A program made the translations under genes and the position numbers. DNA of 64,000 nt, from the NCBI GenBank assembly GCA_041666205.1, contig JBAYHI010000003.1, positions 13,215 to 77,214 on the forward strand. Reading direction: 5' to 3'. Below, one piece after another: positions 21,801 through 29,966 of this stretch (position 1 is its first letter; every line of letters starts with the position of its first letter). Source of the DNA: Patescibacteria group bacterium. Lineage in GTDB: Bacteria > Patescibacteriota > Patescibacteriia > UBA9934. The notes under the pieces were generated by a model. That model had not been told where the DNA came from, ran no database searches, and saw nothing but the letters and a program-made list of their open reading frames with translations.

Positions 21801-21864
21801 CCTTGATTTCCAAAGTGCGTTTGAAAAATCAGCCATGAAATTGCGGAGCGCAATTGTTCGATAA
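15832..21864 (+). CDS. 2010-aa secreted/surface protein with Gly-rich repeats, three Ig-like+FN3-like modules and a C-terminal domain
   Basis: Signal peptide; repeated GSGGSIYL/GGGGRIAIYY; three copies of HYE(L/I)WYG...K(I/V)(W/F)AVDDY. Confidence 0.9.
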   Translation: MLNMNRRFFAPKYFFVALSLILGIGLFAYADSASAAAISWDSGGANNDWETVENWSGDAVPTDADDVTIDYAETIAINATTTVNSLTVGGTNATVLNFDYDAITGGALIIDAGNLTVAANGTITHTGGSTSSVLATVFIDVQTGDATITGTVNVDGKGYAKGYGTGKGTGFGGGGYGGEGSAGNGGTGGTTYGSITAPTDLGSGGSGSCNGGAGAGSVKLLVAGGLTVAGSISATGATSNEWCASPGSGGSIYLDAGTFAGAGTVDVNGGAYSYFNAGQGGGGRLAIYYDTNTYSGTPTAYGGYDASNGYYAGAGTVYIKDNADTYGSLTVDNNSHDMTTDDRYLGKTNLSSTATYKNLTISNDGHIDLISGATITVDSTFTWTGGNVTDSGGVLATITSGDVVVPAGSYFYANTARTGAGALTSLTINGVLTHSTNSTLTSYVLDVETTGATDIATGGSVNVAARGLQRGYGTGAASGDRSGAGYGGEGGTGYTLAGGGTTYGSITAPTSLGSGGFSGCASGNGGGAIKLTVGGTLTVTGSITASGGASGEWCGGGGSGGSIYLDTGTITGAGAITSAGGAATTADAGNGGGGRIAIYYDASTYSGTPTAYGGYFSTNYFGGAGTIYIKDNADTYGSLTVDNNSRDITTDDRYYGKTNLSSTATYKNITISNDGHIDLISGATITVDSTLTWTGGNITDSGGVLSSVNSGDVVIPANARFLANTTRSVTSLTVNGTMTHSKNTTVETHKINYTTSADVTIGASGTINVTQQGFIGGYGDGHGHDAGAYGSGGGYGGVGGDTADGGDTGGITYGSETAPSNLGSGGMGEGASNLGSSGGGAVKLSVGGNLSIGGTIVANGGSDYSGWFLNYGGGSGGSIWLAVSGAISGGGNVSAQGSSAQSAGAGAGGGGRIAMTAASSTWSGSASVIAGTTGYAGGVGTVYDNYAPTAGNPSNTFATDGTGEMLVSLVVDDPDDETLSLKVEYSMDGGGTWEDPTLSETLGDTTASFGTPATENDNAYQISSVITSSGANTIAFVWNSKTDEPTGDVTNAKIRVTVNDGGMDGTPATSTNTTLDNAAPTGLADLAVTAYPSTSLSLSWTAATSESHFDHYELWYGSNSSDVNNRTGSATEWDNADDGALATMSTTSTTITGLSQNVTYYVKIWAVDDYTNEATLVAISQKTNGLPTAATVTPTFATDGTGRTTVTVIIDDADDQTSSFKVEYSTNGGGAWADPTLSTTAEDLSGTFGTPALNNASTYQISNVTTASGANTISFVWNSGTDVPTADVSNALIRITPYDGAEAGSGVNSASFSMDNADPSGMAGLGVGSYASDEVVMTWTAVSSETNFDHYELWYGTNSSDVDNRTGTATEWDNSDDATLATMTTATTTIPSLVANTTYYIKVWAVDDYGNEATLASSTQKTNAIVTATTPTATVATDGTGEVTVVTTIDDADDEDSRFLVEYSIDGGGTYAKATLSETDVDTTATYGDPDVANVNSYQVGNASGYVTTASGANAVTFIWNSHTDVPTADVTNAKIRVTPNDQIEDGTAMPSANFTLDNAHPQALADFVVSAKSATSVTLTWTAATDTHFSHYEIWYGEDSGDVDGRTGTATEWDNSDDAALATATTATTRILPLESATTYFFKIFAVDDYTNETTQAATSVKTSSRGSTASRPTPAPDLTNLTVSQDDGTTTASLMEEKWTSVNWLSLGAVPNVNVYYSVDEGVNWLKFVGPIANRDNIGFVMPAGLGTTFMLRVIGTDLAVNLDTETTGILTLIPRPMTVEPEAPSVVYKPVEPIYPTDPWLGVPDLNPEWPQETAPFIPPVKETPTVIPGQSPIITYTEPEAISPVTGLEEPVSDVQPGDYIKSPSFPTVYYVTEDLARKPFADAQTYFTYEASFDRIKVVTDATLTLLNLSGPMLPKPSTVLVKIQSDPKVYVVSENPENPYRPILRWLSSEELATTLYGAHWSDYVIDVPVTLFARFEIGNAIGLLDFQSAFEKSAMKLRSAIVR

Positions 21865-21876
21865 TTGCGTGATATT

Positions 21877-21924
21877 GTAGGGGTCGGGTTCCCCGACCCG
21901 TTGGGCGGGGAAACCCCGCCCGTA
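21877..21924. repeat. REP doublet (REPIN-like)
   Basis: GTAGGGGTCGGGTTCCCCGACCC followed by GGGCGGGGAAACCCCGCCCGTA; near copy at 62965-63016. Confidence 0.8.
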
Positions 21925-21940
21925 TGGCGTACGATAAAAT

Positions 21941-21985
21941 AAAAAACCCTCCCGAAGCTCCGAAGGAGCGAAGGAGGGTTTTTTA
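21941..21985. terminator. Bidirectional terminator containing a short CCGAAGCT...AGCGAAGG repeat
   Basis: AAAAAACCCT...AGGGTTTTT between convergent genes. Confidence 0.65.
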
Positions 21986-21990
21986 TTTGA

Positions 21991-22272
21991 TTAAACCGCT
22001 TTGATAATTTCGACGAGCGTTTTCATGAACAGAGCGCCGTGGAAATTTGGAAGTTTTTTTTGTTTGAATTTGACCGTGCCGTTGACTGCGGCGTAGAGGG
22101 TATCGTCTTTTGCGCGGAGCACGTTTTTGCCTGGACGATATTTCGTGCCACGCTGTTTGATGATGATTTCGCCAGCACGCACAAGTTCGCCATCCGTCTT
22201 TTTCAGACCTAAGCGTTTTGCCACGGAATCGCGGCCATTACTGGTAGAACCTTGGGCTTTTTTGTGTGCCAT
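21991..22272 (-). CDS. rpmA: 50S ribosomal protein L27
   Basis: [31 protein letters not shown]. Confidence 0.97.
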   Translation of the reverse strand: MAHKKAQGSTSNGRDSVAKRLGLKKTDGELVRAGEIIIKQRGTKYRPGKNVLRAKDDTLYAAVNGTVKFKQKKLPNFHGALFMKTLVEIIKAV

Positions 22273-22315
22273 AGGGCGATAATTTTTAGAACGTCTTTTG
22301 ACGTGAACGGGTGAA

Positions 22316-22344
22316 ATTGTACCCAAATGAGCCAAAAACGTCAA
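22316..22344 (-). promoter_or_regulatory. sigma70-type promoter of rpmA
   Basis: TTGACG-17-TACAAT on minus strand. Confidence 0.7.
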
Positions 22345-22421
22345 GTGGAATGGGGATTGTGGATGAGGTACGTCTGGAGGGAGGCGAAAAAAGGAGTATA
22401 CTAGCCCTATAACCTCAATGC

Positions 22422-22817
22422 ATGCGTAAGGGATTTCAGCAGTTTTTTTCGGCGTTTTCGCACCTTCGCCATGAGCGATTTGTGCAACAAACCACAGGGC
22501 TCGTATTCCTGTTTATCGCCCTTTCTCTTGGATTTTTGTTCTGGAAATTGTGGCCAGACATGGCTTCACAGCCCTCGGTTCCACTTCATTATAATATCCA
22601 CTTTGGCACAGATCGGGTGGGGGCGTGGTACAATCTTTTCGTTTGCCCGGCTTGGATGCTTGTGATGTACATCGTAAACGCAGTCACATCGCTTGTGGTT
22701 TGGAAAAAAGATCATACGCTTTCCTTTTTCTTGTTTGGCACGAGCGCGATTGTGAGCGCAATTCTCTTTATTGCACTCATCTTTATTGTTCTTCTAAATA
22801 TGACCTACTATGGTTGA
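22422..22817 (+). CDS. Small 3-TM membrane protein
   Basis: [10 protein letters not shown] loop, hydrophobic segments, overlaps mraY start. Confidence 0.75.
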   Translation: MRKGFQQFFSAFSHLRHERFVQQTTGLVFLFIALSLGFLFWKLWPDMASQPSVPLHYNIHFGTDRVGAWYNLFVCPAWMLVMYIVNAVTSLVVWKKDHTLSFFLFGTSAIVSAILFIALIFIVLLNMTYYG

Positions 22818-23862
22818 TACGTTTCTTGTTGTGAAAATCCTCGTGCTGGCAACGCTCGCGTTTTTAGTGACCATTGCCTGGACGCCAGCGCTTACGCATT
22901 TTTTGTATAAATATCGCCTTGGAAAATCCTTGCGTGAAAAAAAGCAGGCACCCACGTATCACGCCATGCACAAGAATAAGGAAGGTACTCCCACGATGGG
23001 AGGCGTGCTGATTTGGATGACCACGCTAGGAATCGCCGGCCTTTTTGCGCTTTGTTCTTATCTTGCGCCGGAATCATTTTTAGGACAGCTGAATTTTTTC
23101 TCGCGCGGGCAAACATGGCTGCCGTTATTTGCACTTGTTTCCGCCGGTTGCATTGGACTCTTGGATGATTTTTTAAATGTACGTCGCATTGGGCGCAATG
23201 GCGGTGGGATTGATATTCGTCAGCGTCTTTTGCTATACGCGGCCGTCGCTGTTGTTGGTGCACTGTGGTTTTATTTCAAATTGGATTGGGACGTTTTACA
23301 TGTGCCATTTTTTGGCGATTTCAATATCGGCTGGTGGTATATCCCGCTTTTCATTGGCGTCGTGGTTGCCACGTCGTTTTCTGTGAATCAAACCGATGGG
23401 CTCGATGGACTTGCGGGTGGGACATTGGTTTCTTCGTTTGCAGCGCTTGCGGTGATTTCATTCCTTCAAGAGCGTTACGATTTGGCTGCGTTTTGTGCAG
23501 TGATTATTGGGGCGCTTGTGGCATTCCTCTGGTTTAATATTTATCCGGCCCGATTTTTTATGGGAGATACCGGAGCCATGTCGATGGGGGTCACGCTCGC
23601 CATCATTGCGCTTCTCACAAATACGGCGCTCTTCTTGCCAGTGATTGGGATTATTTTCGTTATCGAAGCCATTACGACCATTATTCAACTGATTTCGAAA
23701 AGAGTGTTTCATCGCAAAGTATTTTTGGTGGCACCCATTCATCATCATTTCGAAGCGCAAGGGTGGCCGGAGCCAAAAGTGGTGATGCGATTTTGGGTGA
23801 TCTCGTGGGTTGCAGCAGGCCTTGGAATTATTATGGTGCTCGTAGACATGGCCATTGTCTAG
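22810..23862 (+). CDS. mraY: Phospho-N-acetylmuramoyl-pentapeptide transferase
   Basis: KEGTPTMGG, GLLDD, NQTDGLDGL, FMGDTG, APIHHHFE. Confidence 0.97.
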   Translation: MVDTFLVVKILVLATLAFLVTIAWTPALTHFLYKYRLGKSLREKKQAPTYHAMHKNKEGTPTMGGVLIWMTTLGIAGLFALCSYLAPESFLGQLNFFSRGQTWLPLFALVSAGCIGLLDDFLNVRRIGRNGGGIDIRQRLLLYAAVAVVGALWFYFKLDWDVLHVPFFGDFNIGWWYIPLFIGVVVATSFSVNQTDGLDGLAGGTLVSSFAALAVISFLQERYDLAAFCAVIIGALVAFLWFNIYPARFFMGDTGAMSMGVTLAIIALLTNTALFLPVIGIIFVIEAITTIIQLISKRVFHRKVFLVAPIHHHFEAQGWPEPKVVMRFWVISWVAAGLGIIMVLVDMAIV

Positions 23863-23863
23863 T

Positions 23864-24982
23864 ATGCCACGCGGAAGATTCAAAGGAATCGATCTTCCGT
23901 TTCTGTTTCTTTTTTTGGGCATTCTGTTTTTTGGATTTCTTGTTTTGACATCTGCGTCTGGACCCGATGCCTACTCGCAATACGGCGATAGCTATTATTA
24001 CATCAAACATCAGCTCCTTTCTGGACTTCTTCCTGGAGCGGTCGCATTTTTGGTGGGACTTCTCGTACCCTATCAGCTTTGGAAGAGGTTGGCTCCTGTT
24101 ATTTTACTGGGAACCATTGTTCTTCTGGTGCTGGTTTTTATCCCGGGCATTGGGCAAGACTATGGCACGTCCGCAAAAAGTTGGGTGAGCATTGCAGGGA
24201 TCGGGTTTCAGCCTGCAGAACTCGCAAAAGTCGGATTCCTCCTTTATATCGCGTCTTGGCTTTCCTCTCGACGTGAAGCGGTCGCAGATTTCAAAGAAGG
24301 ACTATTGCCATTCATCGGACTTCTTTCGATCGTCGGGGCACTCATCTTTTTCCAGCCGGATTTGGGAACACTCTCGATTATTGTTGCGATGGCATTCCTT
24401 ATGTATTTTTCTGCCGGTGGTCGCACACATTATCTTGTGGCGCTTGGAGCTGGGGGGATTGCGCTCTTCATTCTCGCGGTAAAGTTGTCGCCGTATCGAT
24501 TGGAGCGTTTTACAACATTTTTACATCCAGAGCTCGACCCGCAAGGGATTGGGTATCAAATAAACCAAGCGCTCTTGGCAATTGGTTCGGGCGGATTTTT
24601 TGGGCGAGGCTACGGGCATTCACTCCAAAAGTATCAATATCTTCCCGAGGTCATTGGAGACTCCGTATTTGCGGTGATGGCGGAAGAATTCGGATTCCTC
24701 ATGACCACGGCGTTCATCGTTGCATTTGTTTTTTTTATTCTGCGCGGACTGCGTATTGCCGATCATGCACCTGATGATTTTTCAAAATACGTCTGTATTG
24801 GTGTGATGGCTTGGTTTGGGGTGCAGGCATTTGTAAATATTGGTTCGATGGTGGGAATCATGCCAATGACCGGCGTGCCACTCCCATTTGTGAGCTATGG
24901 CGGAACCTCGCTTATTGTGTCCTTGTTTGCAGTTGGTATGATGGTACATATCTCCTCACACGCTTCCTATGGACGAACATAA
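23864..24982 (+). CDS. ftsW: SEDS peptidoglycan polymerase FtsW
   Basis: FQPAELAK, QPDLGT, GSGGFFGRG, TGVPLPFVSYGGTS; lies between mraY and murG. Confidence 0.93.
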   Translation: MPRGRFKGIDLPFLFLFLGILFFGFLVLTSASGPDAYSQYGDSYYYIKHQLLSGLLPGAVAFLVGLLVPYQLWKRLAPVILLGTIVLLVLVFIPGIGQDYGTSAKSWVSIAGIGFQPAELAKVGFLLYIASWLSSRREAVADFKEGLLPFIGLLSIVGALIFFQPDLGTLSIIVAMAFLMYFSAGGRTHYLVALGAGGIALFILAVKLSPYRLERFTTFLHPELDPQGIGYQINQALLAIGSGGFFGRGYGHSLQKYQYLPEVIGDSVFAVMAEEFGFLMTTAFIVAFVFFILRGLRIADHAPDDFSKYVCIGVMAWFGVQAFVNIGSMVGIMPMTGVPLPFVSYGGTSLIVSLFAVGMMVHISSHASYGRT

Positions 24983-26045
24983 ATCAACGCATGTTTTGAT
25001 GACGGGTGGCGGCACATTGGGGCCTGTGACGCCCTTGCTTGCAATTGTAGAAGCGTGGCGACGCATTGATCCTGGCGTGCGCGTAACGTGGATTGGAACG
25101 CCTCATGGACCGGAAGCCGAACTTCTAGATGAATTGCATATCCCGTTCATTCCCATGGCGAGCGCAAAATTTGATCGCGCGCGTTTGTGGACCTTGCCGT
25201 GGAACGCGGTGGTGTTTGTGTGGAGTTGTGCACGTGCATATACGCTTCTTAAGCATCTGCAGCCCAATATGATTTTTACGGCAGGCGGATATGTGAGCGT
25301 GCCGCTCGTCATTGTGGGACGACTCATGAAAATTCCTGCATGGGTGCATCAACTCGATGTGCGTCCAGGGCTCGCAAATAAACTCATGGCCCCATTTGCC
25401 AAACGTGTGAGTGTTACGTGGGAACGCACGGCAAAATATTTTTCCGCAAAAAAGACGATCGTGGTTGGAGGGATGGAACGATCTGGTTTGCGTATTGGCG
25501 ACGGGAATGCTCTGTTGCAATCTCTGGGTATGTCTCCAGCGTGTCCAACGATTTTGGTGATGGGCGGCGGCACAGGCGCACGTACGATCAACGAAACGAT
25601 TCGCGCAATCATTCCTGAGTTGCCTGAGGTGAATGTGATCCACCTCACGGGAAAAGGGAAAAATTCCGGCGTTGGGGCACCTGGTGCGCATCATCATTAT
25701 TTTGCAACGGAATTTTTCACCCATGAAATGGGCGACGCCTATGCCGCCGCCGACGTGGTTGTGGCGCGTGCGGGCATGGGCACGATTTTGGAAGTTGCGG
25801 CACTCGGGAAGCCCACGATTTTTATTCCGATTGAAAATTCAGATCAGCTGGCAAATGCAAAAATGCTTTATAATCTGAATGCAGCGATCATTATCGACCA
25901 TCTGACCCCGCAACTCTTACGCCAAGAAATCGATCGTCTGCTCAAGGATGGATTATTGCGTCGACGGCTTTCGCAAAATATTTCGAACATATTTCCCTTT
26001 GGGGCAGAAGAAAGGATCGTTGAAGAGGCGAGAAAGATCATTTAA
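24969..26045 (+). CDS. murG: Lipid II GlcNAc transferase
   Basis: TGGGTLGPV, GGYVSVP, PGLANK, GGGTGA, ARAGMGT, QLANA. Confidence 0.93.
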   Translation: MDEHKSTHVLMTGGGTLGPVTPLLAIVEAWRRIDPGVRVTWIGTPHGPEAELLDELHIPFIPMASAKFDRARLWTLPWNAVVFVWSCARAYTLLKHLQPNMIFTAGGYVSVPLVIVGRLMKIPAWVHQLDVRPGLANKLMAPFAKRVSVTWERTAKYFSAKKTIVVGGMERSGLRIGDGNALLQSLGMSPACPTILVMGGGTGARTINETIRAIIPELPEVNVIHLTGKGKNSGVGAPGAHHHYFATEFFTHEMGDAYAAADVVVARAGMGTILEVAALGKPTIFIPIENSDQLANAKMLYNLNAAIIIDHLTPQLLRQEIDRLLKDGLLRRRLSQNISNIFPFGAEERIVEEARKII

Positions 26046-26050
26046 TCGCC

Positions 26051-26074
26051 GTAGGGACGTTGCGTGCAACGTCC
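26051..26074. repeat. REP-like hairpin (GTAG foot)
   Basis: GTAGGGACGTTGC-GT-GCAACGTCC; interrupted copy at 63028-63085. Confidence 0.7.
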
Positions 26075-26129
26075 ATTCGTTAAAAAGAAGCGCCGGGAAG
26101 CGAGTGGCGCTTCTCGGCGAAGGGGAGGG

Positions 26130-26519
26130 CTAGGCAGCGATGGGGCAGAGAACAAGCGCGCCCGCGCACCAGGAATCGACCTCGGAAAACCAGGCTCTTC
26201 TCCAGGCTTTTTCCGGGTCTTTCTCTTGTTCATCGTGAACGAAACAGAGGAAATCGTCTTGACCATTCCTCATATTAGTCACGAGAATGTGAACGCCACG
26301 AAAAGGCGGTTCTGCTTTCGGCTTGCCCTTTGTTGGCTTTGCCTTGAGACCTCTTTCGAGAGCGTCGATGTCTCCTCTTGAGGCCACGGGGTCACGAATT
26401 CGTTTGAAGATCTCGGGTGCGGGGATCGTCTTTTCCTCAGGCTTGAGGAAACCGACCGCCACGAACTCGCGACCATCGTCGAGCATAAACGAAATACGGG
26501 TCTCGGAATGGGGGGTCAT
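26130..26519 (-). CDS. Orphan hypothetical protein (129 aa)
   Basis: ORF with AGGAG SD and downstream terminator-like hairpin (about 26082-26115). Confidence 0.7.
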   Translation of the reverse strand: MTPHSETRISFMLDDGREFVAVGFLKPEEKTIPAPEIFKRIRDPVASRGDIDALERGLKAKPTKGKPKAEPPFRGVHILVTNMRNGQDDFLCFVHDEQEKDPEKAWRRAWFSEVDSWCAGALVLCPIAA

Positions 26520-26577
26520 GTGAACTCCTATCTGTGCAGAAGGGTTTTTCTAACATATCAGTCCGGCAAAGATAAGG

Positions 26578-27099
26578 TCAAGGTTTGCGGTGATTATGTG
26601 GGTTTTGCTGGATGTATTCGCGGACCCGGTCGAGATCACGCGGGGAACGAATGACGTGTTCGTAATAACCCCGTTGCCAAAAGGATTTTTTGAATTTCGG
26701 CCAATACCCGGCATACACGCCTCGAATATATTCATTTGTGGTTTTTGTTTTGAAAAAATTAATCATATCCGCCAATGATTTCGATTCTGTAGGGGCGGCC
26801 CAATGTGGCCGCCCGTTTGCAATTTGAATGATGCCATGGAAATGATCGGGCATAATGATAAATTCATCCAATCGCGTATTTGCAAAATGATCCGGGATTT
26901 GATTCCAAATGTTTTGAATCATATCCCTGGCCTGGGATAAACGCATTTCTTGCGGGCGGCCACATTGGGCCGCCCCTACGGTAAATAATTTCTGGCGACG
27001 ATACAAACAAATCGTCACAAAATAATATCCCTCCTGCGCATAATCATATTGCGGCAAACGGATCGATCTCCGAACAGGCAAATGCGAATTTCCTAACAT
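26578..27099 (-). mobile_element. REP-associated tyrosine transposase (RAYT, IS200/IS605 Y1 HUH superfamily)
   Basis: RRSIRLPQYDY..GYYFVTIC, MPDHFHGII (HUH), FWQRGYYEHVIR, YIQQNP. Confidence 0.9.
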
Positions 27100-27201
27100 A
27101 AATCCCCAAAATTATTTGGGGAGGTTTCATTTATTCATATTCGATTTTTTGGTTCCTGTCAATCCATTTATCCCCCAATGATCAAAATATGGCTTCAGGC
27201 C

Positions 27202-27230
27202 TTGATTTTCTTTCTAGAAAATGGTATAAC
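27202..27230 (+). promoter_or_regulatory. sigma70-type promoter of tRNA-Lys
   Basis: TTGATT-17-TATAAC. Confidence 0.6.
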
Positions 27231-27257
27231 GTCCCATGTTTCCAAGCCAAATATCAC

Positions 27258-27333
27258 GCGCTGGTAGCTCAGTCGGTAGAGCGAGGGCCTTTTAAGCCCG
27301 CGGTCGTGGGTTCGAATCCCACCCGGCGCACCA
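27258..27333 (+). tRNA. tRNA-Lys(TTT)
   Basis: 76-nt cloverleaf: acceptor GCGCTGG/CCGGCGC, anticodon loop CT-TTT-AA, TTCGAAT T-loop, encoded CCA. Confidence 0.95.
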
Positions 27334-27424
27334 AAAATACCTGGATTTATTCCGGGTATTTTTGTATCTAAAAAAGAAGAACCCCACGCCGTGAGGTTCT
27401 CCTCTCGGGGTGGGGTAGGGATGT

Positions 27425-27727
27425 TCAGTAGGGCCACTCGTTCGGGAAGCCCAGCTCATCGAAGAGGCCTTGGATCACGTATCGAAGCCCGTCATCCATA
27501 TTGTTGAACGGGCCGAAGGATCCGAACATGGCTCGCGCATCACGATAGCTGTGAAACGCCAGAGTTCCGAAGGGCAACTCCAATATGATGGGGCGAGCCA
27601 GTGGGCTACAAGGCTCTCCTTCAACCATGAGTTGCTCATTGACTATTACTCGCGCCATGCACTCAATCTTTTGCATGCCTGTTATTGTTGCGATCGAGAA
27701 AGAGAACCTTTTTTCGGCGTATGCCAT
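27425..27727 (-). CDS. Orphan hypothetical protein (100 aa)
   Basis: TTGACA-17-TAGATT promoter (27779-27807), GGAG SD, downstream hairpin plus U-tract. Confidence 0.7.
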   Translation of the reverse strand: MAYAEKRFSFSIATITGMQKIECMARVIVNEQLMVEGEPCSPLARPIILELPFGTLAFHSYRDARAMFGSFGPFNNMDDGLRYVIQGLFDELGFPNEWPY

Positions 27728-27854
27728 TTATTCTCCAATCGCTCTTTTAAGAGCGGAAGGTTGTTTCAAGAACCCAGAAATCTACTCCAAAATTGTCGTT
27801 TTGTCAATAATTCCTCCACAAGGAAAAATCCCAAAAAACAGGTATAATGGCCCC

Positions 27855-28967
27855 ATGCGAATAGCAATGATTGGTCAAAAAGGAATCGAGCTTGGAAGCC
27901 GTGGGGGCGGGGTTGAGGTACATGTTGCACAAATTTCCTCTCGCCTCGTGAAAAAAGGTCACGACGTGACGATTTTTTGTCGCGCAAAATATAGTCCGAA
28001 AAAGCCGGGGGAATATCAAGGTGTTCATCTTCGGTATTTACCAACGATTTATACCAAACGCCTTGAGGCGATTGTCCACACGTTTTTTTCAACGCTTGCG
28101 GTTGTTGCAGGCTCGTTTGATGTTGTGCATTATCACGGTGTTGGACCGTCTACACTCGCATTTATTCCACGCATCTTTCGACCGCGCATGACCGTGGTTG
28201 TGACCTTCCATGCACGCGATATGCTCAATCGAAAATGGGGCTGGGGCGCACGACGACTTCTGGCATTTGCCGAGCGCACAGCGATTTGGTTTTCGCATTA
28301 TTGCATTGCTGTCTCGCATGATTTGCAGGTCTATTGTCGCGACGTGCTGCACCGCGAAGTTGTCTACATTCCAAATGGCGCCACGATTCAGGAAGAAACG
28401 GGCACAAATGAACTTGAAAAATTCGATCTCAGAGCACGAGAATATATTCTGACGGTTGGGCGGTTGGTTCCGGCAAAGGGCCTTCATTATCTTGTGGAGG
28501 CATTTCGTGGAATCGAAACGCAGCAACAACTCGTGATTGTTGGCGCGCCGAGTTATTCCGACGCCTATTTGGAATCGCTGTACGCCTTGGCCGAAGGCGA
28601 TGAGCGTATTCATTTTTTGGGATTTCAGACTGGCGAAACACTCCGCCAATTATTTGGCCATGCCTATTTGTATGTCCAACCATCCGAAGTTGAAGGGCTC
28701 CCACTCGTCGTGCTTGAAGCGATGAGCTTTGGCATTCCTCCGCTGGTTTCTGACATCGCCCCAAATCTCGAGGCAATCCACAATGGCGGATTTACATTTG
28801 AAACACAAAACGCCAATGATTTGCGCAAGCACCTGGTGGAGTTATTGGACCATCCTGATTTGGTTGCAGCGAAAAGTGCGCAAGCAAAAGAAATTATTCA
28901 AACCAAGTTTAACTGGGATGTGATTGCTGATCATACCGAGGCGATTTATATTTCGGCGCGGCACTAA
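27855..28967 (+). CDS. Glycosyltransferase family 4
   Basis: MRIAMIGQKG..GGVE, VGRLVPAKG, PSEVEGLPLVVLEAMS. Confidence 0.93.
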   Translation: MRIAMIGQKGIELGSRGGGVEVHVAQISSRLVKKGHDVTIFCRAKYSPKKPGEYQGVHLRYLPTIYTKRLEAIVHTFFSTLAVVAGSFDVVHYHGVGPSTLAFIPRIFRPRMTVVVTFHARDMLNRKWGWGARRLLAFAERTAIWFSHYCIAVSHDLQVYCRDVLHREVVYIPNGATIQEETGTNELEKFDLRAREYILTVGRLVPAKGLHYLVEAFRGIETQQQLVIVGAPSYSDAYLESLYALAEGDERIHFLGFQTGETLRQLFGHAYLYVQPSEVEGLPLVVLEAMSFGIPPLVSDIAPNLEAIHNGGFTFETQNANDLRKHLVELLDHPDLVAAKSAQAKEIIQTKFNWDVIADHTEAIYISARH

Positions 28968-28968
28968 T

Positions 28969-29940
28969 ATGCAAGAGGGTGCTTCACTACTCGCAGTCCA
29001 CCATCAGAGCGTGCAAGACGCCTTGGCACTTTTTGGTGTCTCGCGTGCGGGGCTCTGCGAAGAAGATGTGCTTGTGCGCGGCGCTTCATTGGCACGACCA
29101 ACGTCATGCACGGTTGCCATTGTGCGACGGCAACAACATTTGCGACAGGTGGATGCTGAGGGGTTGGTTGAAGGAGATATTGTGCTCTTGCGCCCGGGTT
29201 TTTCTGTTTTTGCCGATGGGAGGCTCCTCCTTGCATCAGATCTCCACATGAATGAGCTCCAGATATTTGGAAATACTGATGTGCATAAGCAATTGGCTGC
29301 GCTTTTGCCAGAAACACTTCCCATCGATGCAACCAATATGGTATTTGCTGGTTCACGCGTCCTCTCCGGAACAGGCGAATACGTTGTAACCGCACCATCG
29401 GATAAATCGCTTTGCAGAAAATTCAATCTTTGTGATGTAGCATGCGAACCCGTCACAGACGTCTGCTTGGAGTTCGTGGAGTCCTCGGTGTCTGATCGCG
29501 AGCTTTTGTGTTTGCATGCAACCTTGGGCGATGAACTCATCTTAAATCCGCATACTGGCGTGTTCGAATCCATTGGCGGGCGTTATGAAAAAGCGATCGC
29601 CTTGTTTTTGCAACAGCATCCCATGGAAATCGGGTTGCGCGTTTTTCATCATCCCATGGATGCGGAACGTGGTGTTGCTATCGCAGTCGTAGAAATGGTT
29701 GGTGGGCGTACGGTTTTGCTTGCGGGGGAAGCCGATGTCCTGTTGCCGCTGCTTGATATCACCGATAAAGAACGCTCTCAAATCACAAGAAAACTTCAGG
29801 ATGCGCGAAAAAAACACATGCTCACCCTTCTTCTTGCAGAAACGCCAGGGAGTGAGCAGGCACAAACAGTTGATGCACTTGGCGATCTCTCGTATGTCGG
29901 GCTGGTGTATTTTTCGGCGATAAAAAACAAGAACTCCTAA
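28969..29940 (+). CDS. Degenerate soluble P-type ATPase derivative (actuator and N-domain remnants only)
   Basis: LVEGDIVLLRPG..VFADGRLL, NMVFAGSRVLSGTGEYVVTA; no TM helices, no DKTGT. Confidence 0.7.
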   Translation: MQEGASLLAVHHQSVQDALALFGVSRAGLCEEDVLVRGASLARPTSCTVAIVRRQQHLRQVDAEGLVEGDIVLLRPGFSVFADGRLLLASDLHMNELQIFGNTDVHKQLAALLPETLPIDATNMVFAGSRVLSGTGEYVVTAPSDKSLCRKFNLCDVACEPVTDVCLEFVESSVSDRELLCLHATLGDELILNPHTGVFESIGGRYEKAIALFLQQHPMEIGLRVFHHPMDAERGVAIAVVEMVGGRTVLLAGEADVLLPLLDITDKERSQITRKLQDARKKHMLTLLLAETPGSEQAQTVDALGDLSYVGLVYFSAIKNKNS

Positions 29941-29966
29941 ACCTTGGTATACTAGTAAAAAATCGT

